From Vicugna vicugna (Eukaryota), in the NCBI GenBank assembly GCA_013265495.1, contig MU058198.1, positions 1 through 64,000 of the forward strand: a stretch of 64,000 nt of DNA, read 5' to 3'. How positions within the stretch are numbered: the stretch's first letter is position 1; every line of letters starts with the position of its first letter. Both the position numbers and the translations under genes were made by a program. Of this stretch, positions 41,085 through 55,950 are shown one piece after another. The notes beneath the pieces were generated by a model. The model searched no databases and was not told the DNA's origin. It saw nothing but the letters and a program-made list of their open reading frames with translations.

Positions 41085-42560
41085 TTCGGGGACTCCAGTT
41101 ATGCACATGCTAGGATTACCGTGTACCACAGGTCTCTTAGGCTCTGTTCATTCTCTTTCAATCTTTTCTCTTTCTGCTCCTCAGACTGAATAATTTCAGC
41201 TGACCTGTCTTGAAGTTCACTGATTCCGTCTGCCTGCAGAAATCTGCTGGTGAACCCCTCTAGTGAATTTTTCCTTTCAGTCATTATACTCTTTGGCTCC
41301 AGAATTTCTATTTGGTTCCTTTTTAAAATGCCTATCTCTTTATTGATATTTTCTAGACATTGAGACATTGTTCTCCTGGTTTCCTTTAGCTCTTTGAGCA
41401 TATTTCAGAGAGCTGATTTAAAGTCTTTATCTAATAAGTCCAATCTTGTTGCCTCATAGGCACTTCCTATTAATTAACTTATCTTTTTCCTGTGAATGGT
41501 CACAATGTCTTGTTTCTTTGCATGACTCATGATTTTTTTGTTTTGTTTTGTTTCTGAATACTGGATATTTTGAATATGTGGCAGCCCTGGAAGTCAGATT
41601 TTCCTTCCTCTCCAGGGTTTATTGTTGCTGCCTATTATAGGTTACCATTGTTTGCTTGTTTTGTGATTTTCTAAACTATTTTTGTAAGGTCTGTAGTCTT
41701 TGTCACTAAATTCTATGTTCCTTTAGCTTATTGGACAACTGCTGTTTTGACAGTTAACCTTAAATGTCTGGAGCCAAAAAAAGAAATGAAGAAGAAATTT
41801 TTTAAAGGAAAGAAAAACTACACTCCTAGTCTTTGCAAACTGGATACACGTCAGGGCACTCCTTTAACACTTGGGCAGGCTGTTTGCAACTCTGCCTTAG
41901 CTTCACTTCCTGCTTGCACAGAGCCTGAAGGCCAGAAGAAATGAATGTTCATTCTTCTCAGGCCTTTTCTGAGCATGTGTCTCACTCTTAGCCTGCACAT
42001 GACTTTCTTGATTCCCTGGCATACGTGGATGCTTTGAAAAGCCCTATTCCCACACACACCTCTTTCCCGGGCTTCTTGGTCAATTACTTATCCCAAGTAT
42101 TGTCCCTTGCCCCAGACTGCTTAGACCAGTACCTGTGCCTTTAAACAATTTCAGCAAAAGCCACCTGGGAAGTCACCCCAGCCCTGGGAATGCCCTGAGT
42201 GAAGAAACAGGAAGCCTTTCCATCTGTCCTGAAGGAGCCACCAGGCAGGCTGACACCTACCACACTTCTTTCAGAACAAGTTCTTCTTCTGGCACTAGCC
42301 ACCAGCACGAGAAGTCTGGGCCACCACCCTCATGGTCATGGAGTGTGGGGGATGATGGGTGGGCAATTTAAAAATGCCACTGCACCCTCCTACCATAAAG
42401 CAGCAGTTTCTCTCTTCACCAAGTTTTCCCTTAGTGGTTGTAAATTTTTAACTAGATTTCAGAGTTCTTCAAAAGCTGGTTCTGACAGTTTTCGCCAGCT
42501 TGTTAGTTGTTTGAGGGGAGAGATAAAGCCCTGGGTTTCCTATTCCACCATTTTTGGTTG
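41085..42560 (-). mobile_element. Ancient L1 5'/ORF1 remnant
   Basis: ORF 41401-41099 (NQIEILE..KNSLEGF.SR...ISELQDRS.EIIQSEEQKEKRLKENEQSLRDLW) is recognisable ORF1p coiled-coil sequence. Confidence 0.8.
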
Positions 42561-42749
42561 CCCAGCACCTTCTGAGCACTCTTTCTCTGGGGAAATTCCT
42601 ACATTGTGAGTCTAAAGAGTCCCTAGGATGGAAGCCCAGGACTTGTTTTCCCCATCTTCCTCGCAGCCAGCAGTGGACTTAGATCCTAGCAAGACTGGCC
42701 CCATATCTCAGAAATCCATCTAAGAATAAATGTATTAAGGGTGTACAAG

Positions 42750-43960
42750 GGTCACTCAGGATCGTATGCTTAGCACTGGCTCAGCATGAACTGTAATCCT
42801 AAACATCCCATTTCGTAATACTGTTCAGGCCCAATAATGCTCTCCACATCTCTTAGCCTGAAATCTCTAAACAAAAGGCAACTGTATCTGAATGTCACAA
42901 AGGTTTGTGGGTCGTGGCTTCTGCAGTGTTGCTGACTGACACTGCTTCAGAGTATGGGAAGCATTTAAGCACTGAAAACACTTAAGTGAGAGGACAAATT
43001 AATTAACTTCTTAATTAACTCCTATCCTCAAGTAGCATGTGTGAAATAGATTCTAGCATAACAAGCATCACTTTCCAGCAGCACTAAGAATCCATCTTTC
43101 TGTTTCTCTTCATGTTCCTGCTCGTTGTTTCTGAGGAACATTTAGTGATTTAAGTAGTTCATATCACTCTCGCATTTGTATATATGAGATCCAGGATTTC
43201 TATTTGGATAGAAGTTTCTATCTTCTTCACACAAGATGTGAAAGTGACAGCAATTATTTATATTAGCAACTAGACTGACACTGAATATGAGAATTGCAAA
43301 ACATTATGTAACAGAAATACTACATAATAAAACTGTTAAGTTGTTCTCAAAATGTTAAAAATTTTCAGCTTTTAACAACTTTGATTTAAAACTTTGATAT
43401 TCAGTACTTACATAATTTGTATTTTTCCCTGTAATTTTAATATTTTTGAATACTTTAGAAAAGCAACTTCATTGAGGCTTTCAAGCTTTAAATTTTTAAA
43501 ATTTTTATATTTACTTTCATTTATACTTTCTATGAAAACATATTCAAATTTTTATATTTTGAAGTGAATTACACTTTATTTTTCATCACTTGGGTCATTA
43601 CTGCCTTTACAACATAAATTATGCAAACTTTTATTATAACAACATATTTAGTGTTTTATGAAAATGAAGTGAAGAGAAATAAATTTTACAGAATATGTAA
43701 TAGTTTATGAGTTATGAATGTCTTTATTTCTCAGCCAAATACTGCTGTCCCATCAACTTGCTCAGAATATTGCAATAATTCAGTTCTGACATTCTGCCAA
43801 CTTCATCATATAAAACCAAATTTGTTTAGGGTTTCATTGTTGTTATGAAGCTGTCAGTATAGAAGAGTAGAATATACTTTACTAAACATCTTGTTGTTAG
43901 CCTGATTTATAACTTTTAAATGTATGACACACAGGCCTCTTTTTCAGCTCTTGCCCTGGC
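42750..43960. mobile_element. AT-rich hAT-Tip100 (Zaphod-like) transposon remnant
   Basis: Very AT-rich tract ending GAAGAGTAGAATATACTTT...TTAGCCTGATTTATAACTTTTAAAT...CTCTTGCCCTGG, recalled as a Tip100-family subterminal pattern; family assignment uncertain. Confidence 0.5.
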
Positions 43961-44005
43961 ACTGTCTGCTTGCAGTTAGGAGTATGAAGCTTTGATCCAA
44001 TAGAA

Positions 44006-44222
44006 CAGTGCTTCTGAACCCAGGGTGACTTTGCCCTGCAGGGGAATGTAGCATTGTCTACAGACATTTTTGCTTGTCTCAACTGGCATGAAATACGAGG
44101 AGGCCAAGAATGCTGCTAACATCCTACAATACACAGGACAACCACCCTCCCCCCCCACACACACCCACAACAAAGAATTACCCTGCCCAAAATGTGAATA
44201 GTGTCAAGGTTGAGAAACCCTG
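44006..44222 (+). mobile_element. MER20 hAT-Charlie element
   Basis: CAGTGCTTCT...GACTTTGCCC...ATGCTGCTAACATCCTACAAT...GTCAAGGTTGAGAAACCCTG. Confidence 0.85.
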
Positions 44223-47200
44223 CATCAGAGGATAACATGAAGAAAGTCAGTGTGGAACTGATGCTAGTAAGGGTGACAGCGAAACTGCAAGCATCCAGAA
44301 ACAGCAGGGGCAAAGAACTCTGGAGCTAAATTCTGCAGTGGAATAGGCCAGAGGTATAATGGAAATACCATTCCTGGCTGAAAGCCTCCAAACTAATTCT
44401 CCGGCCCTTCCAGAGATTCTGTTGAGTTACCTTATATCCTACAATAAATTAAACTAGCTAGAGCAGTTTCTGTTTTTTGCAACTGAGAACACTGACTAAT
44501 AAAGCAGGTAGAACCAATATCCCAGCCTCCATTTGACAGATGGCAAGACTGATCCCTTGAAAGTCCCAGATCAATGAAAGCGCTAGAAGTAGGGCCATGT
44601 TAGTTTGCTTGCAAGTGACTAGAATTTAGCTCAAATCAGTAAATTTAATTTTAGCTCTATTAATTTACTTTAAATAATATACTAAATTTAATTCAAACCA
44701 GTGCTTTAAAAAAGAAAAGAGAGAAAGTGGTATCCTTTGCTCACAGAATACAAACAGGAAGGGCAGAAGTGCAGCTGCATCTCAGGAAAAACTGGAAGCC
44801 AGATTCAAACACCATGAGGACCTGACACATCTTGTCTGTCTGCTCACGGACATTTCTCTGTTATCACACCAAGTAGCTTTTTCCACATGGCAGAAATCAT
44901 GACAATCAGCAGCACTCAAGGTTTTTAAATATTATAATTTCCACCACTTTAAAGAGACAAATCTCACATCTCCCAGGTTCGAAATATCCTAAGGTTTCTT
45001 CAACCCGGCTGGAGGCAGGTGCCCCACCTAGGGATCATCTGTGGCAGAGGGCTGGGGGGTAGGGGTAGTTAAGAGCCACGTGCACGCACGGAGGGAGTTG
45101 CGGTAGGTAACGGAAAAGCTACGTTGAGAACAGAGGGCACTATAGTCTCCTGACATCCACTCAAAGAAAAATAATCCCTTTTCTTCTATAGCCCATCCAT
45201 TTCCTCTGTGTAATTTGATGAGCCTTGACTAAGTTTCAGAGGTTGCTCTAGGAACCTGTCTCAGTAGGTCAGTAACAAATCTGAACCACGGGGGATTTCT
45301 TGCTCTTCCTACACTCCCATTGCTGGATGGCTGGATCTCTGCACTGTCACCCACACTCCCAAGCCAGGCCTAATGGAGCCCAGCGCCCATTCCGTGGCAG
45401 AAAGAAATGGGGCACACTGGAGGTCTCTCACCAACCACTAAATGTTTCATCCTGGAAGTTCCACTCACAGTTCATTCACTGGCCAGAATTAACCACATTG
45501 GAAAGTACATATGCCTGTCAAGTGGAGAACCTGGATAGTTTGCCAACAGCTCTAATTACCACCCTAGAACTTTACAAGCGTTATACTGAATCTTCACACT
45601 CACCACAGGAAGTTTACCATTATCCCCACATTAAAGATGAGGAAACTGATGCGCAGAAAGGCAAGGCAACTGGCCCAAGATCACACAGCATGTGTGTGAC
45701 TAGCGAGGGCAGCATCTGACTCTACAGTCCATTCTATTAACCATTTATCTCTCTTTACTGCCTCCCTTGGCTTATCTTCTGTGTGGTCTTCAGCACTTCC
45801 ATTGGCCATTAGATCTCTTAAAACATAAAAATGGGGACCTGGGTGCCAAGACAGTTACCTTGAACTGAAGCCTGCCCGTGTCCCACTCTACTCCGAATGC
45901 AACCTGAGACTGATTTGGGGGACCATGGGATTCCGTGGACACAACACTGTAACACAGGTGCTGAATGATTACACTTTAAAAACCATACTCTCTCCCGTGG
46001 CCATGAGGGTCAGAGATGACTTTTTTAAACATGCTGACACCGTCTTGGATAGGCTAGATGCTGGGGATGGAGATGAGTAACAGGATTCCTACTGTGGGGC
46101 CTGGACTAGGTGTCTGTGCACCCTTGTACCCCAAGTGCCCGGATATAGTAATCATCTGATAAATACTAGTTACGCCGAAGACAAGGAGAATGTGCGACAG
46201 AACATAAATGTCTCAACACAGGGAGACTGGGGGAAGTATTTAAATCCTGACCTTGCCACGTCCTAGTATCTTGAATAAATGGCATCACAGCTCTGGGTTT
46301 CACTTTTTCCACCTGAAAACTGAAGCCAATAATAGTAGCCATGATGCAGAATTAAGAGTTAGGATAAAATGAGATGATATACATATATGTAGGCTCTTGG
46401 TTCCAAGCCTGGCACATCGTAGTAAAGACTCAACACTAAAAACTATTATTAGTCTTAAGGCTTTCGTATTTTTAGGAGAGAAAAGATTAAGTATAATAAT
46501 ACATGTTCCTTTTGGAGGAAGGTTTAGTATAAAAGTGACATTTAAGCTAGGGGAGAGGCAAAGGGATTCCAGGTAGGGTAAGCTATAAAGACAGACTCAG
46601 GGCTGATCTAGGATTTAGCATCATCCTTATATATATATCACAGATGAGACAACTGGTCCTGGCAGGTACGTCCTGGGAGGCAGTGCATTAGACTGGAAAG
46701 CCACATGAGAATCAGATTCCGCTTCTCCTAGAACTCGTCTTCTGTTGGATCAGGAGCGGAAGGCAAACTTCCTAGCTTGGGATAAAGAAAAAAAGTCTCC
46801 TCAGATGTTCACCTGACCAAGACGGTAACTCTGGCTCACCCACAAAAATGAGTGCTCTTCTACCTGTTACCTGGAGGCGAGGCAAAACAGCCTCTAAATG
46901 AGGACACAGCACACACTGATACGACCATGGACTTACTGCTAAGATGTGGAGGACATCCTTGGCAGTGTTCTTTATGACCTATCAAACTACAAGTTTCTTT
47001 CAACCTCTGATCAAAGCCTCTGTGCTCTATGCAACATCTTTCTAGAAAAATACACAGGTTATCAAATTTTTTTTTTCAGAAAGTTCATCACCTCCCTGAC
47101 AGCCATCTAGTCTAGGCTAAGAAACCAGGGTCTGGGTAGGTGCTGGGCCCCTTTGAACACTATGACTCAGTGCATCTGGTGTACCCGGAAATCTAGACAC

Positions 47201-49662
47201 TGTTCTACACCAAGCCCCAGGTCTCTCTGCCTGTTGGCAGCAGTAGCACACGAGGGAAGGCTGGATTCACACCACAGGGAAGTATAACTGGCTTCGGAGC
47301 CAAGTCATCCTGCCAGCAAGACTGTCTCCAGACTCAAACCCAAGGGTCTAGCCTCAGCCAACCAGCCCCAGGTCAGGTCACAACTGATTTACTGGGGTCT
47401 CAGAAACATGGACTAAGGCTGTTTCCTCACCAATATTCACTCCTGATGTCAAAGGACACAGGATTCCCCACTAAATGGTGATGGCAAATGGGGCATTTTC
47501 TTGTCCTTACTTCAGTATTTTAAGTCAATGCCCAGTAAGATGATTCAATCAGAGGTGCTTATGGAACCATTCCCTACATGCCAGATATTGGGCTCGGGAC
47601 CAGGAATACAACAGTGAACAAAACCAACACAGCCCCTGTCCGCCTAGAGCTTACAATCTTGGCATTAAGAGAAATCACTTCTACTCTCTTAAATTTGCTG
47701 TGTCCTAGTATGTAGTCCTAGTACGTAGTCAAATTTTGCTGTACACCAAAAATTAACACAACACTATAAATCAACAATTTTTAAGATATGTATAAATCTG
47801 AAAATAAAAAATTTAAAGAGAAATAATCAACTATCAGGTCTTGAAGAACCTTCCGTACTCAGTTCACCTCTGTGCCTGACAAATACTGCATTAATATGAC
47901 TGTCAAGTGCTTAATAACTACATTTTACATCATCTCATCTTTACCTCAACTCTGAGGTAGGTTTTCCACTGTCTACAATAGAGATGAGGAGATCAAGGCT
48001 ATTAAGCAGAAAAGCAGACCTCTGTTTTGGTCTGTTGAACCCTCCAAACCCATGTTCATTACTCATGGCCTTCCAGCATGAGAGGCTCCAAACCCAGACG
48101 TGCCTCTCAACTTGCTTTCTTCTTACATTTGAGCAAGTGGGACCACCACATGTGGCCATTACTGGCCTCACCTAGGCCCTCCCTTCAGAAAGTTACTAAG
48201 TTACTGAATACTAACCATACTCCAGGCACTGTCAGCAACCCCATGAGGTTAATTTCTCCCTTTTTACAGAAAGGGGGGGTTCAAAGGAGCTGTCACTTGC
48301 CAGACTTCAGCTTATGCCAGGTCAGCAATGAGTCGGCATCCCCACCCAGGCTGAGATACCCGAGCGAGTGCTCACTGAACTGCTCAGCCCACAAGTCAGA
48401 AAACAGCCCTTTAGGAAAAGTATCAGGACAATCCCAAGAGAAAACAGTGAAACTTACCCTTTTCTGGAAAAAAAAGAAATCAAACCTATACATCAAACAG
48501 GTCTATAGTACCTAACATCTTAACTTGTAATAAGGCCTGCAATCTGGTAGCCTTTTATACTTTGGCCCACATGACCAGAAAATAATTGAAGAAAAATAGC
48601 TGCTGGGTTTTTTTGTAAGGCTATTTTCTGCCACATTCATCCCACTCCCATGCCAGGCAAATACAGGTGGCTAGGAACACCATTAACACATCCAGGCCCT
48701 CTTTCAAGACTCCCTTCTCCTTAGCCAGACTCTCAGACCTACCAAGAGTCCAGCCTGTGCTGTCCAATGGGGAACACCAGCCACAAGGAGGCTAGTCATA
48801 ATAAGATGTGATTTAGGTGTAAATAACTATAGTGTTCGTTTCAAAGACATTACAAAGAGTAAAAATCCCAATCGTTTTTCGTATCAATTACATGTAAAAT
48901 TTTTAACCTTCTGAACACAAAATGTTACTTAAAAATCAATCCCATTTCTTTTTACTTGTCTTCCTGTTCTACTAGAAGGCTTAACTACACATGTAGCTCT
49001 TGTTACAGCACTGCTCTTAGAAAGGGGTAGTGCAGCCCCGGTCTGCTTCACAGAAGCCAGCCTGCCCGCTTTGGTGGTTACGCTGGGCATCTCCCAGGTG
49101 AAGTGGTCCAGTACACAAATTCTCCCCAATTCCAGAATACACCTGGTGACAGGTTTATAGTAAAACTAGTTTTTAAAAGATGTCTCATTCTTTTAAAATG
49201 ACATTTTATAAACACATATTGCTAAAGTCACTGATACGCCATCTAAATTTACTTCAAGAGAAGTCTGAGTGAACTGTGGGCTCTCGTTATCTGCTCCCTT
49301 TCCTTATAAGCATTTACATAGTTAATTGCAGCCATATCATATATTTAGGGCATGAAATGTGTACTCTTTCAAGCTAAAAACAGGAAAGGCACAATTCCTT
49401 CAAGGGTTAAATAAGACTCCAGAAAGGGACAGCTTCACCACCTGGACCTCAAGCCAGAGTCAACCATCCGGTGTCAGACACACCCTCCTCTGGTGAGCCA
49501 GGAGTGATGGGGTAAGTTATCCCAAATCAACTTTCTTGTTTACTTCAGGGAAAAAGCATTCACCAATTAACACAAAGGCTGTACACTGCCGCAGACGCTC
49601 CTGCTACTCTGCTGTACAAAGTTCAAAACGACTGAGGGAAGCACCAGAGTCCACTGAGGCAT

Positions 49663-49668
49663 TTTATT
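49663..49668 (-). terminator. RPS15A: RPS15A polyadenylation signal AATAAA
   Basis: TTTATT on plus strand, 20 nt past the stop codon; fits the very short 3'UTRs of ribosomal protein mRNAs. Confidence 0.88.
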
Positions 49669-49688
49669 TGCTCGTATGTATTACACCC

Positions 49689-49871
<183 letters not shown>

Positions 49872-50035
49872 TCATCAGTGCTTAAGATGCCTTCCCATAA
49901 TGGACAGACTGCTGCAGCCTGCGGGCTGGCTCCTAGACGCAAACAGAGGCTTCAGCTACACGTGCTCATACAGCCCTGCCCTCAGCTGACAGCAAGAAAC
50001 AATGCTATTCAGTCTAGTCAAAGACAAAGAACAAA

Positions 50036-50230
50036 CCATAGGCATATGTAGAATAGATGAGATTATACTGTATAGCACAGGGAAATATATACAAGATCTT
50101 ACAGTAGCTCACAGCGAAAAAGAAGGTGACAATGAATATATATGTTCACGTATAACTGAAGAACTGTGCTCTACAGTAGAAACTGACACAACACTGTAAA
50201 CTGACTAACTCAATAAAAAAAGTAAAAACA
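50036..50230 (+). mobile_element. Lineage-type L1 3' end in RPS15A intron 4 (antisense to the gene)
   Basis: ACTGTATAGCACAGGGAAATATAT...TGACACAACACTGTAAACTGACT + A tail; flanking AAAGAAC(A/G)AAC duplication. Confidence 0.75.
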
Positions 50231-51063
50231 AAAAGAACGAACTCCTTTAGCTTCAAAACGTCACTCTACTCTTAAGGAAGTACTGATACAAACCTGACTG
50301 AACTATTTCTGCCACTTAATGTACACATGATCACAAACTATTGTACACACAGCTAATTGGACAAAGGAGTCCCACCTGGCCCAGCTACCCCATAAATTAC
50401 CATGGGGATCAAAATAAGGCATGTAAGATGGTATGCTAACTGTGAGGCATTAAAACTAGTATCATAAATACAATCAGAAATCACTGTTCATATAGACTAA
50501 CCATGAAGCGACAGCAAATTCCAACATTGCCAAATATATGACTGGGGGCTAAGTTATCAACAACAGATAGATAAACACTGCATCAGATCCTAAAGTGCTT
50601 TACCAGAACTAAATCAGGTGATATCTTTTAAGAGTCACTTTTAAGATGAAGAAATCAAGGCTGACTTGCCCAAGGCCTCATAGCCTTAAAAGAAAAACAA
50701 AGATTTGAACTCAGTCTCTTATCAAAGATGAGTATTTTCAAACTGAGTTTCCTCAAAAGATCTAGGGTTCAGAAGTAATTCTGGCCATACAAGGGGATTC
50801 ACAGCAAACATGTATGAACTATATGCACTGAGCTGAAACAGCAGACATTGAAAGGCACACAAATTTGTCAGCCTCAGCTTTCACATGCCTCCCAGAACCT
50901 GGACCTAACACATGAAATGTGGCAACACAGGAGCTAATCCTGAGGTCAAGCTGGTTGGAATGGAGACAATTACTGCTGTAACTAAAAAATAACTCCACTC
51001 AAGCCAAATTACATCACAGCAATCCTTAGCATTAACTTCTTTTACAAAAGGAAAATCAACTCA

Positions 51064-51177
<114 letters not shown>

Positions 51178-54001
51178 TCACATTTCACCAATAACAGAAA
51201 AACTGAGTAACACTAAAAAGTATTTATAACGGAAGTCATATAAACCAACCAACTGAACATTTAATAGGTGACTATGCCGTGCCATCTTTGATATAAATGC
51301 TATCAGAAAAAAAATACTGAATTAAGGCTACACCAGCTTAGAAGAAAAACCAAACCACTGGAAAAGTCAAAAAAGAGGTAAAACACAAGGCATCTCATGA
51401 GTGTCAGGTCACCAGTGTGCATTCCTACAGCCTGGAGACAAATGACCAAATTTTAAAGAGCTAAGAAACCAAGTCTTAAGACAGATAAAACTGTAGTCAA
51501 ACTTTTTAACTTAAGGTTGAAATTATCGTGAGAACCCAAATCCTCCTCTTGTAAGTTAAAACGCATAACATTAGAATTCCTAAACAAGCTCCACAAGCAC
51601 TAAACTAAAAACTAAGAACTGCTGCTCCACACCGATGAAGGACCAGTAACCATTTCTGGAGCATACTATCCCACAACACCACATCTTCTCAAACTAACAT
51701 TTCCTGGCAAAATGGATAGGAAAGCAGAAAGCAGTAAGGATTTTGTTATCCCATCTGCTTGCTACTGGGAAAACAGCAACAACTATACTCCAAAGTGAGA
51801 GTTCTCTAAGAGCCAAAGCACTGTAATCAATCATATCTAAGCCATTAAACACAGGAAGTGTTCAAACATCCTCTAACAGGCTACATGAGACTACCCATGG
51901 GTTCACAAGGTCTATGACTAGATCAACTGGGAAGATGAGGGGATCCAAAGGTGCCTTAATCTGAGCTAAACATGATCCCCCGCCACCAGCTGCTCACATC
52001 ACTACTCTACAAATCACCAGCATACTTAAAAATATCAAAGCAGGTCTCCCACTATCTACACACAGCAAATGATCATGTGAGCACTCAGGATTAGTACCAC
52101 TGAAGTGTATACTTCAATCAGCTAAAAAAGCAGACAGGCAGTTTTGTGTATCATTAAGAAGATCCCAAGACAGTAAAGAAACTATGAAGTTAGGACTCAC
52201 TTAAGTCTTTGGAGCAGTTACGCATCACCGAACAGATACGAACCCACAGAAACTGAAAATGACCTATCAGGCCCAACTGCCCTCTGGCAGGAAGCCCACT
52301 CAGGTTCTTTTTGTAATACTATACTATCAGCTACAGGTGCCAAGGGCAATCCCACACTGGATGGAAAGAATACAGGGACAGGAATAAGGAAAACCCAAGG
52401 AAGCTAAGTGAAAGGCCTTTCTGAGGTCACCACATCACCACTCCCAGGCTTTTATTTATTCCAGCAGCAAAAATCCCTCTAGCAGAATTCCAGAATTCCC
52501 TCTCGCAATCTTAAGAGGATATGATTAAGGCCAGAATTTTCTTCATCTACAGTGTTTAAACCCTACCTACTTTCCAGCCTCATTACATTTTCAGGAAGGT
52601 ACATTCATCTGTTGCATGAGTGGGCAAATTTCTTCTTATATAGGAAGAAAACTGAAATTCAGAGAAACCCCAAACTAAGTTTGTTTTGCTAAAGTCAGCT
52701 AAATAAGTGGCAAGGCCTGGATTCCAACTACCAGTAAGCCAGAATTTTTCAAACTAGTATACCCTAGAATAAGGATGCCACAGATGAGTTCCATTTGAGA
52801 AATGCTCTTTTCAAACTTATTTCTCAAGCTATTATGTATAGTGAATGTTCAAGAGGAATTTGAAACAGCACTTCTGCAATCGAGTTTTTTGCTTTTTAAC
52901 ATCAACCCAATCTTTCAGATGTACTATAAACTATACACTGGAAGCAGCTCTTTCCCAGGCTAACTAGCTCAGAGACCTTGAGCAGGACTCAGATCTCAGC
53001 TTAACTCCTAAAAAAAGAGAAAAGAAAAAAAACGACACATTCTCTTCTACCTCAAAAACACACTGTGAGGGTCAGGGAAGAATAGTAAATCCACATCCTT
53101 CTCTGGGATTGGGATCTAATGGCTACAACACAACAGAACAAGACACAGATCCAAAATTACCTTTGAAAATTCTTCAAATCTCTCCACAAAGGCTTCACAT
53201 CCAGTAGTTTTCACCTGACACTAAGAAGTTAACCGTGCATGAAGCAAGTTCACTATCTAGGGAAGCAACTTTGTAAAGCAGAAAATGTTGGACCAGGAAA
53301 TAACTTCACCAATCAATCTGTCCCCACCACTAACCACTCACTTTCTGGGCCAGTTTTCCCCACTCAGTTGGTCAGCAGGATCTCAGACTCCCTGCAAATG
53401 TGAAAGCTACAAACCTGAACTCAAAGCAAAGTAGCAGTTCAGAGACCCTAATCTGCTAGTAGACAAACACCTGCCCCCCAAATACGTGGAGTTAAACCAC
53501 AGTGAAAAGAATCAAACTAAGTTATGCTTACAATTCAAACTGAAAGGGAGAACAAACCTCAAAGGCAAACAATCAACCTATGACAGCAAAACCGTAAGTA
53601 TTATATTGTTAGAAAATCCCGTATTTGGCTCAGAACACCCAATACACTGACAGGATTAGTGGCTTTGAGCCACCCAGGTTTAAGCCACTGAGGTGGACAG
53701 TTTATACCACTAAAGATTCAAAACACCAGTACCACCAGTTGTTGCTTCACCCCCACCCTCCCAGGTCTCCCTCCCTTCAGACAGCCTATTCCACAAACAC
53801 TAGACCAACTCACAATTCTACCTGGAGAACAAATGAAGTAAACGTGATACAAAGATTAATGATTCTAATCAATTTCTAATTTTTTAACCTAACTAGATAA
53901 AAAACAAGCACAACACTGCTATTTGGTTTTACAACAGCAATTACGACACCACGTCAGATTATTTTTAAGGTTCTCAAATGTGGGAAATAATCAATTCTTA
54001 C

Positions 54002-54081
54002 CTTATTTAGCCTGCCTGTGAGGTTCACAACAATTTTCCCAGCTCTGTGATCATCGATGATTTCAAATTCGCCAATGTAAC
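54002..54081 (-). CDS. RPS15A: RPS15A exon 3
   Basis: (G)[28 protein letters not shown] acceptor and GTAAGA donor; 80 nt, phase-consistent. Confidence 0.98.
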
Positions 54082-54506
54082 CTACAGAATATAACTGACT
54101 GTTATAATTTTTAAGGTTCAGGGGACAACACCCAAAACAATTCCAAAAAGGGGATTCTTTCCTCCTTGCCCCTTCATAGCTTCCCACTCCCAAAGGCTAC
54201 CTCGTGCCCAAGACGTGCAACAATCCTCCTTTCCATCTCAAGCTCTTTGAAGAGCCCAGGGGCCCTTTCAATGACATGTTGCAGCTGCAATATTAGAGAA
54301 GGACCATTTTAGCTGCCAAACACCTAGCAGGGCAACCGTCACAAACCTCCACAGTCCTGATCTACTCAGAGTTTCTTGAACAGCATGATTTATCCAGACT
54401 ATCCTGTCCACAGCCCAAGTCAACTGAAGGATACCTTGCTCCCCTATCTTCCCAGTCCTCTCCCCGAACATTTAATTTCTACAGGACCCACACCCTAGTA
54501 TGTTCA

Positions 54507-54680
<174 letters not shown>

Positions 54681-55249
54681 TCAGGGAAGACACAATAGGA
54701 ATTTTAGCGACATTGCCATCAACAGACACCCGACTATTCCACTGCGAATACATCCTTTTCTTTCTGCCTCTGTCATGACGAAATTTCCCTATCTTTAAGC
54801 AGGCTGGTTCCCCAGAGGAACATGTCAACTACCAAGAATATCAGCTAAGGTAGTCAAGTTATTCAGAACGGGACCTGATAATGACGAACAACTTTTCCCA
54901 AACTACAGGAATCCAGCAGCGTCTGTACCATTAACATTGTCCTTTAAACCAACTAGCCCAATATCGGCCTTGTCCTAATATGCAAAAAATACTGCTTAAC
55001 TTTCACCTATTACTGTTGAAACTAAAACGTCCGTCCTTGTGCCATCCAAAACTATATCCAACAGCAAACGTACCACAGTGGCAGATAGGAACGTCCTAAA
55101 CGCACCGACTGGACTCCATCCCAATGAGCACGAACTTTGCTTAATAAAGTTTTGAAAGCTAAAGGCAGAGACCAAAGCACGTCTCAAATGCAAACAGTAG
55201 GGATTCAACCTACTTCCTCAAGCTCAACAAACTGTCTGAGGGAAAACCC

Positions 55250-55950
55250 TGGAGCCCGGACGAGGTTAGTTCCCAGCAAACCGCCACCCCAGGCAGGAAG
55301 CAGTTTTCCCTAAGGGTCGTTAGTCTCCCAAGCTCCCAGCGCGGTCGCAGTAATGGGAAGCTGCAAGTCCCAGCCAGCGCCACGGTCCCCGAAGCTTCTC
55401 GGAGCCAAGGAGCTACCTCAGCCACTAAGGAGAGGTCCTGGGGCAGTCAATCAACTCCGGGCTACGGCCCCTCCGGACGGCCGAAAGCTCCAGGTCCCGC
55501 CAGGGCTGCGGCCTGCACCCCAAAGTCCGAGCTCCCCAGAGCGCAGAGCATGGGATAGCCGGGCATGTCTCTCCCCTCCGCCTGCCCAAACCCCCACAAG
55601 GCCAGCATCCCCGGCCCAGGAGGCCTCCGGCATCCTCGCAGAGCACCGAAGCCAAACCTCAGGTGGCAGGATGGCACCGATAATCGACGGATGATGTTGG
55701 ACAGCTCAGAGAAAGGTACTCACCGGCACGGAAAGATGGCGGAAAGAGGACGGGAGGGGCGAGCGCACGGAATTATGGGAAGCGGTCAGACTATCGCGAG
55801 ACTTTCAAAGGACCGCCAAAAACAAAAAAAGATTGCCTAGTGGAAGGAGGTGTGCAAAGGGGCGGAGCCTCCTCAGGGGTGGATAGTAGAGAGTCGACGG
55901 AATCGAACATAACCCAGGTGAGTAGAGGTGCGGCATTAGCCATAGGTTCG
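55250..55950. promoter_or_regulatory. RPS15A: CpG-island promoter of RPS15A
   Basis: GC/CpG-rich. YY1 site AAGATGGCGG 55733-55742; ZNF143/Staf-like TTCCCATAATTCCGTGCG (minus, ~55764-55781); TCTCGCGAGA-type motif TATCGCGAGA 55792-55801; GC box GGGGCGGAGC 55859-55868. Confidence 0.85.
55724..55748 (-). other. RPS15A: RPS15A exon 1 (non-coding, 5'TOP leader)
   Basis: Minus strand reads CTCTTTCCGCCATCTTTCCGTGCCG|GTGAGT: a C-initiated pyrimidine tract typical of ribosomal protein TSSs, then a consensus donor at 55723-55718, inside a CpG island. Exact TSS +/- a few nt. Confidence 0.88.

Noticed and set aside
33571..42560. L1 ORF1/ORF2-derived ORFs as a possible active or domesticated element
   Set aside because: Fragmented by stops, frameshifts and nested insertions; the two main blocks are different, oppositely oriented old elements.
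47668..47825. Short L1-like tail with a 13-bp tandem duplication and possible AAGAGAAAT TSD
   Set aside because: Too short and degenerate to support an inversion or transduction model.
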